A stretch of DNA of 64,000 bases from contig OZ024742.1 of assembly GCA_964016885.1 (NCBI GenBank), positions 30,008,001 to 30,072,000 of the forward strand, given 5' to 3'. Each line of letters starts with the position of its first letter. The first letter of the stretch is position 1. The position numbers and the translations under genes are program-made. Shown here piece after piece: positions 55,750 to 64,000 of this stretch. The notes below the pieces were generated by a model that was not told the DNA's origin, searched no databases, and saw only the letters and a list, made by a program, of their open reading frames with translations. This DNA is from Eledone cirrhosa (lineage: Eukaryota).

Positions 55750-55968
55750 GGGCGATGGATTGGCAGTATTGGTAGAAGGCCGGACACATGCTTCATGACA
55801 TAGAGTTACGGCCCTTTACTTCCTGAGTTCAAATCCCGCCGTGGTTAGCTTTGCCTTTCATCCTTACGGGGTTGATAACAAAGTACCAGTAATGCACTGG
55901 GGGTCGATTTAATCGACTTTCCTCTCCTCTTCAAATTGCTGGCCTTGTGCCTAAAGTAGAAACCGTTA
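55750..55968 (+). mobile_element. Family-1 SINE with (TTC)n tail
   Basis: A/B boxes and body motif. Confidence 0.85.
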
Positions 55969-56184
55969 TTCTTCTTCTTCTTCTTCTTCTTCTTCTTCTT
56001 CTTCTTCTTCTTCTTCTCTGTCACATCACCACCACCCTTCACATCACCACCACCTCCACCCTTCACTCACCACCACCCGTCTCTCACCACCACCCTTCAC
56101 TCACCACCACCTCCACCCTTCACTCACCTCCACCCTTCACTCACCACCACCCTTCACTCGCCACCACCACCACCCTCCACTCAC

Positions 56185-56263
56185 CACCACCTTCACTCAA
56201 CTCCACTATTTCAGTCGTACTCTCCTTCCTACAAATAATTGTTTTGCTGGAAGGTGAAGAAGA
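56185..56263 (-). CDS. Weak candidate host exon
   Basis: Acceptor TTCTTTTCTCAG|, donor G|GTGAGT, and one open frame (SSSPSSKTIICRKESTTEIVELSEGG). Confidence 0.3.
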
Positions 56264-56359
56264 CTGAGAAAAGAACATCAGAAAAGGAAGAAAGATACTA
56301 AGGAGGAGAGAGGGGGGGGGGCATGGAAGGAAGTAGGAAGAGAAACGGCAGAGGGTGAA

Positions 56360-57995
56360 TGAGGATGGTGGTGATGATGATGATGATGGTGATGGTGATG
56401 GTGATGATGGTGATGATGATGGTGATGATGATGATGATGGTGATGATGATAGTGATGGTGATGATGATGATGATGATGATGGTGATGATGATGGTGATGA
56501 TGGTGATGGTGATGATGGTGATGATGATGATGGTGATGATGATGATGGTGATGATGGTGATGGTGATGATGATGGTGATGATGATGGTGATGATGGTGAT
56601 GGTGATGATGGTGATGATGATGGTGATGATGATGATGGTGATGGTGATGATGATGGTGATGATGATGATGGTGATGATGGTGATGGTGATGGTGATGGTG
56701 ATGATGGTGATGATGGTGATGATGGTGAGGATGATGGTGATGGTGATGGTGATGGTGATGATGGTGATGGTGGTGGTGATGATGATGGTGATGGTGATGG
56801 TGATGATGATGATGGTGATTGTGATGGTAATGATGATGGTGATGATGATGGTGATGGTGATGGTGATGGTGATGATGATAATGATGATGATGGTGATGGT
56901 GATGGTGATGATGATGATAATGATGATGATGGTGATGGTGATGATGATGATGATGACGTTGATGGTGATGATGATGATGATGGTGATGGTGATGATGATG
57001 ATGATGGTGATGGTGATGATGGTGATGATGGTGATGGTGATGATGGTGATGGTGATGGTGATGGTGGTGATGATGATGGTGATGATGGCGATGGTGATGG
57101 TGATGGTGATGGTGATGATGGTGATGATGGTGATGATGGTGAGGATGATGGTGATGGTGATGGTGATAGTGATGGTGATGATGGTGATGGTGGTGGTGAT
57201 GATGATGGTGATGGTGATGGTGATGATGATGATGGTGATTGTGATGGTAATGATGATGGTGATGATGATGGTGATGGTGATGGTGATGGTGATGATGATA
57301 ATGATGATGATGGTGATGGTGATGGTGATGATGATGATAATGATGATGATGGTGATGGTGATGATGATGATGATGACGTTGATGGTGATGATGATGATGA
57401 TGGTGATGGTGATGATGATGATGATGGTGATGGTGATGATGGTGATGATGGTGATGGTGATGGTGATGGTGATGGTGATGGTGATGATGGTGATGATGGT
57501 GATGGTGATGATGGTGATGGTGATGGTGATGGTGGTGATGATGGTGATGATGATGGTGATGGTGATGATGGTGATGGTGATGGTGATGATGATGATGGTG
57601 ATGATGATGATGGTGATGATGGTGATGATGATGGTGATGATGGTGATGGTGATGATGATGATGATGGTGATGATGATTGTGATGATGATGGTGATGGTGA
57701 TGATGATGGTGATGATGGTGATGGTGATGATGATGATGATGATGGTGATGATGATGGTGATGATGATGGTGATGGTGATGATGATGATGATGATGGTGAT
57801 GGTGATGATGATGGTGATGGTGATGATGATGATGATGATGGTGATGATGATGGTGATGATGATGGTGATGATGATGGTGATGATGGTGATGGTGATGATG
57901 ATGATGATGATGGTGATGATGATGGTGATGATGATGGTGATGGTGATGATGATGATGATGGTGGTGATGGTGATGATGATGGTGATGATGATGCT
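56360..57995. repeat. (GAT/GGT)n compound microsatellite
   Basis: Seen directly; includes an internal 420-bp-period duplication. Confidence 0.95.
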
Positions 57996-58510
57996 GGTGA
58001 TATAGAAGAGGTGGAGGAGGAGGAAATCTTTGAATTGGTACAAAATTTTAAAATGTTACCTCATGAAATCATAAATTACTTCCACTTGGAATCATCACGT
58101 GGGAAATGTTGTGGCGGTGGTGGAATGGGTGTAAGATTGCTGTACAGTTAACTATGTCAGCAGCAGCAGCGGCAGCGTCGTCATCATCAGCAGCAGCAGC
58201 AGCGGCAGCGTCGTCATCATCATCAGCAGCAGCAGCAGCGGCAGCGTCATCATCATCATCAGCAGCAGCAGCAATAGCGTCGTCATCATCATCACCAGCA
58301 GCAGCATTGTCCATCATCATCATCATCAGCAGCAGCAGTAGCGTCGTCGTCATCATCATCATCAGCAGCAGCAGCAGCGTCGTCATCATCATCATCACCA
58401 CCAGCAGCAGCAGCAGCAGCGTCGTCATCATCATCATCATCAGCAGCAGCAGCATCATCATCATCAACAGCAGCGTCGTCTTCGTCGTCGTCATCAGCAG
58501 CAGCAGCAGC

Positions 58511-58739
58511 AGTATCGGTAGAGCGTCTGACGCCATGCTTTCCAGCATAGAGTTACGTCATTTTACAGTCTGAGTTGAAATCCCGCCGGGATTAACGTTG
58601 CCTTTCACATCCTTACAGAGTCGATAAAACAAAGTACCTGTAACGCACTGGGGGCGATTTAATCGACTTCCCCCTCCCCTTCAAATTGCTGACCTTGTGC
58701 CTGAACTAGAAACAATTATTATTATCATCATCAACGTTA

Positions 58740-58774
<35 letters not shown>

Positions 58775-58945
58775 ATTATTGTTATCATCACCATCGTCAT
58801 CTTCATCATCATTGTCATCACCATCATCAGTATCATTATTATTATTATTAACTTTGCCTTTCATCCTTACGGGGTCGATAAAATAAAGTACCAGTAATGT
58901 ACTGGGTAATTGCTGGCCTTGTGCCAAAAGTAGAAACAATTATTA
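58511..58945 (+). mobile_element. Two family-1 SINEs (58511-58715; partial 58848-58945)
   Basis: Body motifs and (ATT)n tails. Confidence 0.8.
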
Positions 58946-58951
58946 TTATTA

Positions 58952-59220
58952 TCTGAGTATATGCCTGTAAATTGAAGTGGAAAACTGGGAGAGGACACTT
59001 GCCCTGGTGGTCAGGGTCACCGTGGCTTTTTTTAATGGGCTTTCTCCACGATGGCCCTCGGAAGTCTCCCCCTATTGGGGAATTTTTCATTGTTCTTTTA
59101 TTACATCCTCTGTTTTTTGTTTTTTATACGCAGAAATGTCCATTTGTACCGTCCTGTATTGTCCTGTACTGTCCTTAATGTCTACTTTGTGTAAACCCTT
59201 GTGGTTAATAAAGAAAGCAT
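58952..59220 (+). mobile_element. LINE 3' UTR fragment (same family as 55452-55703)
   Basis: High identity to 55452-55703; flanked by (ATT)n. Confidence 0.7.
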
Positions 59221-59245
59221 TATTATCATCATTATTTTTATTATT

Positions 59246-59568
59246 ATTGTTCTTTGAGTCTCAGTCATTGATGTTATTTAACTGGAAAGTTTGTTGAAAT
59301 GAATATCAAGCCACTACCTGCAGCCTCAGATATTCAGGACGTATCGGAGGGTTCCTGCTGCTCCCAGCAAGCATGCCTTTTGAAGTGTTCCAAAAAGCGG
59401 GGCGGGGCCAATTTTCTTTAACCATCCCCGGAAACTTTTTTAGATAGTACCTAGTGCACCTATGACAAAATCCTTTTTACCTCCCACTTTAAGTCCTGGT
59501 ATCGGTTAATTTTCTCCCTCTCCGTCTCTTGCACTCTCGTGTCGAATGGGCAGGCTACATCCACAATT
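59246..59568 (-). mobile_element. 5'-truncated R4/Dong-type non-LTR element (restriction-like endonuclease C-terminus)
   Basis: Manual translation gives IVDVACPFDTRVQETEREKINRYQDLKWEVKRI and GTLQKACLLGAAGTLRYVLNI* (stop at 59326). Flanked by (AAT)n. Confidence 0.8.
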
Positions 59569-59802
59569 ATTATTATTATTATTATTATTGAATGCCATGG
59601 TTGACGGAGGCTCGGCTCTGTAAGGTATAGTAATTTTTAACCGTTAAAACAATTGTAAATTGTTTAAAACTTGAACCAAATTGTTGATAAAGACACCCTC
59701 CTCCTCGTGAGAGGGGTCTTTCTGTCCGTTATTTGGCCCTTCGGGGTTAAATAACCAGTTATTGGGGTTTTGTACCCAAAATTTCATTTTAAGCAAAAAA
59801 AC

Positions 59803-61902
59803 ATGGCTACCAAAAAAAAAAAATTTCATACGTCACTCCCACTCATTCCCTCTTCTTCTTCCTCAATCATCACTACAGGAGAGAGAAGATTGTCTCTCTC
59901 CCTCCCTTCTTTAAATGTGTCTCTCTCCCTACCTTCTCTTTCGCAAGCGACGAAAGAAAAGAAAAGTCTCGTGCAAAGCGTGCAAGGTTTCTCCACGACG
60001 ACGACGACAGCGACGAAACAGGTGTGCGGGAAATACGAAAACCCAGTTCATTCGTCTGACGTCAGGAATAATAGCAGTAGCAGCCGTAATAACAACAGCA
60101 ACAGTGACAATGAAAACAACAGTAGCAGCCGCAACAGCATCACCAGCAGCATAAACAACAACAGCATTAGCAGCAGCAACACCAACAACAACCACAGCAA
60201 CAGCGGCGGAGGCAGTAGTCGTAGTACCTGCAGCAACAACAAAAGTACCAGCAGCTCTGACGACAACAACAACAGCAGAGAAAAACCAATCTCATTTGCA
60301 GGTATTGCGAAAAACCTGGAAACAATCCTCATAACAAATGAGGAATTAGAGGAAGCGAAGAAGATGGTGACAAAGAACGGACACCGAGCAATCTGCAAGG
60401 CAGCGAAAAATTTTTTCGAAACCCAAGAGCACTGTACGGTCACGTACCGTACAGTAAGTACAAAATCCCGTAGGGTGGAAAGAGCCACAGAGGCCCAAAT
60501 ACAAAAAGCCTTGGGGTCTGTGTGGCAGAGGAAAACGCACATCACCCGAGGCAAAAAATACGCCACCGTAGACGTACTTTTTGCCACACCCCAGGAGGCA
60601 AAGGCCCAATCAGTAGTGACCCTAAGGAGCGAGGAAATGGTGTTGGTGCCCTCCTACTGCGGGCAAAAAATTGTGAGGGTCAAACTGACCCACGTCCCCC
60701 CCGGAATGACCCCTTCTTGGCTGGCCGCGTCTGTCCTCGTCGGAATCGAGGACAAAACAACTGTACTGCAAGTACAGAAAAAAGTAAGAGAAGATTGGGT
60801 CGGCTCCTCCATTGAGATGCTAATCCAAACCAACCAGGAGTGCATCGAAGCTATCCCGGATGTGATAGACTTCGATAACGGCACTCAACTGCCCATAAGT
60901 GTTGAGGGCAAACGCCCGAAATGCTTTCGCTGTGGATCGAAGACTCACCTCAGGGCCTTCTGCAACGAGAAGACCCCGAGAAAGGAGAAAACCCCCCTCC
61001 TCCCGAATCCGGTTCCACGGCTACCAGCAACAGGACAAGCGGCAACCAGGAACGATAGGTCCGTGGCACCCATACCCACTCCACGGAAATCAAAGACAGC
61101 AGCAGCAGTGGAAATATTAACAACAACAACAGCAATACCAAATGCAGCTGCAACAGAGACTCCAGTGCAAACATCACCAACAACAACAAGTGAAAGAGTG
61201 GAGCTGGTACCCCTCCCCGACCTTACAGAATCAGACATGGAGTGTGAGGTGGGAGAGGGATGGCAAAAGGTCTCAAGAAGGCACAAACGCAGAAGCAGCG
61301 CATCGTCGCCTTTGAAAAGGGAGGAAAGAAATGAGAAAAGGGTAAAGTCTACTGCAAAGAGACCCACAGCAGCAACACCACCAACACCATCACCACCCAC
61401 ACCAGCACCACCATCACCACCGGCGACAACCCCACCGCCAACAACACCTTCAACACCACCACCACAAGCACCAACATCGCAAACACAACAACAAAACACA
61501 CACACCCAGCAACAACGACAAGAAAATAGCAGAACCACACCCCACCCCCAGAAAAACAAATGCACGGCAATAAACACACACAACAAGAAACTAATGACTT
61601 ACATAATTGAACACACAGACATTTCACAACAGGACTACATAATACCAGCACCAATCAAAACGCCAACTAACATAAGACTGCTAAAAATAGCACAGAAACA
61701 ATACACAAACATTAAAACGAAATTTCCCAACGCAGTTGGTGATTTCAGGGACCTAGGAGGAACCATTAATCGAAGAGTATATTCAGATATTCTCTTAGAA
61801 GAGCCGACGACCAGCCGAAGGGACGATTCAACGGTCCCTTCACCAGACGATCAAGTGAAAAGGGATGTAAAAACCATCCCTCCTCTACCAAAAATACGGT
61901 AA
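59803..61902 (+). CDS. LINE ORF1 (CCHC zinc knuckle, low-complexity S/N and P/T tracts)
   Basis: ATG at 59803, open for ~700 aa; CFRCGSKTHLRAFC. Confidence 0.85.
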   Translation: MATKKKKFHTSLPLIPSSSSSIITTGERRLSLSLPSLNVSLSLPSLSQATKEKKSLVQSVQGFSTTTTTATKQVCGKYENPVHSSDVRNNSSSSRNNNSNSDNENNSSSRNSITSSINNNSISSSNTNNNHSNSGGGSSRSTCSNNKSTSSSDDNNNSREKPISFAGIAKNLETILITNEELEEAKKMVTKNGHRAICKAAKNFFETQEHCTVTYRTVSTKSRRVERATEAQIQKALGSVWQRKTHITRGKKYATVDVLFATPQEAKAQSVVTLRSEEMVLVPSYCGQKIVRVKLTHVPPGMTPSWLAASVLVGIEDKTTVLQVQKKVREDWVGSSIEMLIQTNQECIEAIPDVIDFDNGTQLPISVEGKRPKCFRCGSKTHLRAFCNEKTPRKEKTPLLPNPVPRLPATGQAATRNDRSVAPIPTPRKSKTAAAVEILTTTTAIPNAAATETPVQTSPTTTSERVELVPLPDLTESDMECEVGEGWQKVSRRHKRRSSASSPLKREERNEKRVKSTAKRPTAATPPTPSPPTPAPPSPPATTPPPTTPSTPPPQAPTSQTQQQNTHTQQQRQENSRTTPHPQKNKCTAINTHNKKLMTYIIEHTDISQQDYIIPAPIKTPTNIRLLKIAQKQYTNIKTKFPNAVGDFRDLGGTINRRVYSDILLEEPTTSRRDDSTVPSPDDQVKRDVKTIPPLPKIR

Positions 61903-61937
61903 GTGGTCTTTCCCATCTTTTCCACTCTATTTTAAAC

Positions 61938-64000
61938 ATGACCTCACTCAGAATAGGCAGCATAAATGCGCGTGGCTTGGGGTCGTCATGGAAGCAGGGT
62001 CACCTGCTCAACGACCTCAGGTCACTAAACATAGATGTAGTGGCCATCAGCGAGACCAGAATCTCCGAAGCACGGGCCTTCGCACCGATCTTCGGCGGCT
62101 ACGATGTGTACGCATCTCCCAGCCGTCCTGGATCCGGTGGAGGAGTTGCTGTACTTTTTCGGAGAGGTTTGGATCTCGCCATACGGGCCATCTTCCTGGA
62201 CCCAGAGGGTAAGCTGGTGGTGCTGGACGTGACCAGCGGAGACGGGCAAGCTTTCAGGCTAGTGGCCGTCTATGCCCCGACAGGAGCAGGGCGGCCTGAT
62301 TTCTTCCGGCGTCTGGAGACCTTTCTTGGAACGTCCCGCTCTTTAGTGTTAGTGGGCGACTGGAACGGGATCTTAGATGCACGCTGGGACTGTGTGGGAT
62401 TAGCGGATAGGGGTGGAGGGTGCAAGAGCCTCACCAACCTGCTCAGGCGTTTTGAACTGTCTGACAGGTACCGATTGGATTTCCCGAATGTGCCAATGTG
62501 GACTTGGACAAACCGCATAGGGTCATCCAGATCATATCTAGATAGAGTATTTTGTAGGGAAATAGATAGGTCTAGCATAGGCTGTCCACAATTCAAGATA
62601 GTCAGCTACACGGACCACAAATTCGTGATCTGTGTGCTTGACTTAGATAGGCTTCATAGACGAGGACCCGGCTACTGGAAGCTAAACGCGTCCTTACCAG
62701 CGCGCAAGGCCTACAGAGACCGGATTAGCGAACTAGTTAAGCGGGCGTTGACGGGGGCCATCGTCAACAACAAGTGGTGGTTTGCTCTGAAAAGAGCGAT
62801 TAGAATAGAATCGATTAGGTTTAGTAAGGCTTTAGCAATAGAGAAAAATAGAGCAGAGGGAGAACTAGTTAGAAAATTAGACGAGGCGCTTAGCAAAGGC
62901 ATTGCGACCGACGTGCTTGCGGCGAAATTGGCCCTTGACCAATTCTTCAATGCAAAGCACGAAGGCTGCGTTGTCAGAGCTAGGGTGCGTGCTCTCAGAC
63001 ACGAGGGGACGAAAGCCGTTCAATGGGCCCGAGTGGCGGAGGCGCGTCGTGGCAACAAAGCCACGATCCGGTCTTTGGTGGACCACGACGGGCGCATGCT
63101 ACTCGATCCCGGGCAAATGTGTGAAGCTTTTCAGCGACACTTCGCTCAGCTGTTCGGGGGCAGCGGGGGGCCGGGTAGAGGGATGGACTTTAGTGTCTAC
63201 CTCGACGGGCTGCCGCGGCTCTCGGCCACTGAGGCGAGGTGTTGCGAAAAGCCGATAACAGCCGCTGAAGTACGGGAGGCAATGACTGGCTGCACAAGGG
63301 GTAAATCGCCTGGTTTGGATGGTCTGCCCTATGAACTTTACGTACAGATGCCAGACTTGTTCGGAGGCCTCTTGGCGGACGTCTACTGCAACTGGCAACA
63401 GAACGGGAGAATTCCCAGTTCTGTGAGCCGAGGAGCGGTGGCACTGCTGAGAAAGGATCCGAACAAGGGGGATAACATAGACAATTTCCGGCCCATAACT
63501 CTGCTAAACACAGAGTTTAAGATTTTGGCCAAGGTGCTAGCAAAGAGGTTGGCGCTTGTCGTTGGTGGTCTGGTGGGAGAGGCGCAGACATGCGCCATTC
63601 CCGACAGATCCATCCACGACAACCTCCACCTCATGCGATACATCGTAGAGAGGGTAGCTAGGGAACCTGGCACGGGTGGGTCCTTGATCAATTTAGATCA
63701 GTCGAAAGCTTTCGATAGGGTCGACCATCGTTACCTAGCGGCAGTCCTGAGGGCGGCTGGCTTTGGGCCCGTCTTCAGAGGCTGGATCGCTGCCATGCAC
63801 AGCGACATCTGCTCTGTGGTGAGAGTGAACGGTCACCTGTCGGAACCGTTCAACATCATGCGCTCGGTCCGCCAAGGATGTCCCCTCTCGTCCCTCTTGT
63901 ACGTATTGACTCTCGAGCCATTACTGCACAAACTGGAGACGTTGAGGGGAGTCCCGCGCGAACTAGGATGCGGAAGATCCGTGTCAGCATATGCGGACGA
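61938..64000 (+). CDS. LINE ORF2: APE endonuclease + reverse transcriptase (partial, runs off window)
   Basis: MTSLRIGSINARGL, SET, GDWN, YLDR, TDH, KSPGLDG, FRPITLLN, DQSKAFDRV, VRQGCPLS and a terminal YAD(D) are in frame with the ATG at 61938. Confidence 0.93.
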   Translation, partial: MTSLRIGSINARGLGSSWKQGHLLNDLRSLNIDVVAISETRISEARAFAPIFGGYDVYASPSRPGSGGGVAVLFRRGLDLAIRAIFLDPEGKLVVLDVTSGDGQAFRLVAVYAPTGAGRPDFFRRLETFLGTSRSLVLVGDWNGILDARWDCVGLADRGGGCKSLTNLLRRFELSDRYRLDFPNVPMWTWTNRIGSSRSYLDRVFCREIDRSSIGCPQFKIVSYTDHKFVICVLDLDRLHRRGPGYWKLNASLPARKAYRDRISELVKRALTGAIVNNKWWFALKRAIRIESIRFSKALAIEKNRAEGELVRKLDEALSKGIATDVLAAKLALDQFFNAKHEGCVVRARVRALRHEGTKAVQWARVAEARRGNKATIRSLVDHDGRMLLDPGQMCEAFQRHFAQLFGGSGGPGRGMDFSVYLDGLPRLSATEARCCEKPITAAEVREAMTGCTRGKSPGLDGLPYELYVQMPDLFGGLLADVYCNWQQNGRIPSSVSRGAVALLRKDPNKGDNIDNFRPITLLNTEFKILAKVLAKRLALVVGGLVGEAQTCAIPDRSIHDNLHLMRYIVERVAREPGTGGSLINLDQSKAFDRVDHRYLAAVLRAAGFGPVFRGWIAAMHSDICSVVRVNGHLSEPFNIMRSVRQGCPLSSLLYVLTLEPLLHKLETLRGVPRELGCGRSVSAYAD

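Larger units (their letters stand above)
59590..64000 (+). mobile_element. L1/Tx1-clade non-LTR retrotransposon, apparently intact, truncated by the window edge
   Basis: Two-ORF structure starting just after (ATT)n; the exact 5' boundary is inferred. Confidence 0.9.

Noticed and set aside
52081-58573. 500-630 aa poly-T/V/L/D/M/I ORFs
   Set aside because: Trinucleotide arrays open in multiple frames on both strands, with no evidence of coding.

Overview
Eukaryotic, highly repetitive, largely intergenic or intronic DNA. The SINE families and microsatellite content suggest an octopod cephalopod (inference from recognising the repeats). Nearly all ORFs in the track are translation artefacts of (TA)n, (CA)n and trinucleotide microsatellites. 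The left ~47 kb is a (TA)n-rich nest of Penelope-like retroelements (PLEs; RT plus C-terminal GIY-YIG), with 3 largely complete but disrupted copies, several fragments and many terminal (pLTR) remnants. These carry about 15 type I hammerhead-ribozyme (HHR) motifs from about 9 sequence families, several with non-canonical cores. PLE insertions of several families follow a recurring two-ended rule: a full 3' tail at one end, and an inverted copy stopping at a fixed internal TA at the other. Examples range from ~105-bp minis to a 6.6-kb inverted dimer. The window also holds RTE and CR1 LINE fragments, tRNA-derived SINEs and a Tc1/mariner end. The right ~15 kb switches to trinucleotide repeats, with (ATT)n-associated L1/Tx1 and R4/Dong elements and an apparently intact L1/Tx1 element (ORF1, plus ORF2 running off the window). 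It also has a few candidate host exons on the minus strand, one of whose splice-donor junction appears amplified into a 58-bp minisatellite.
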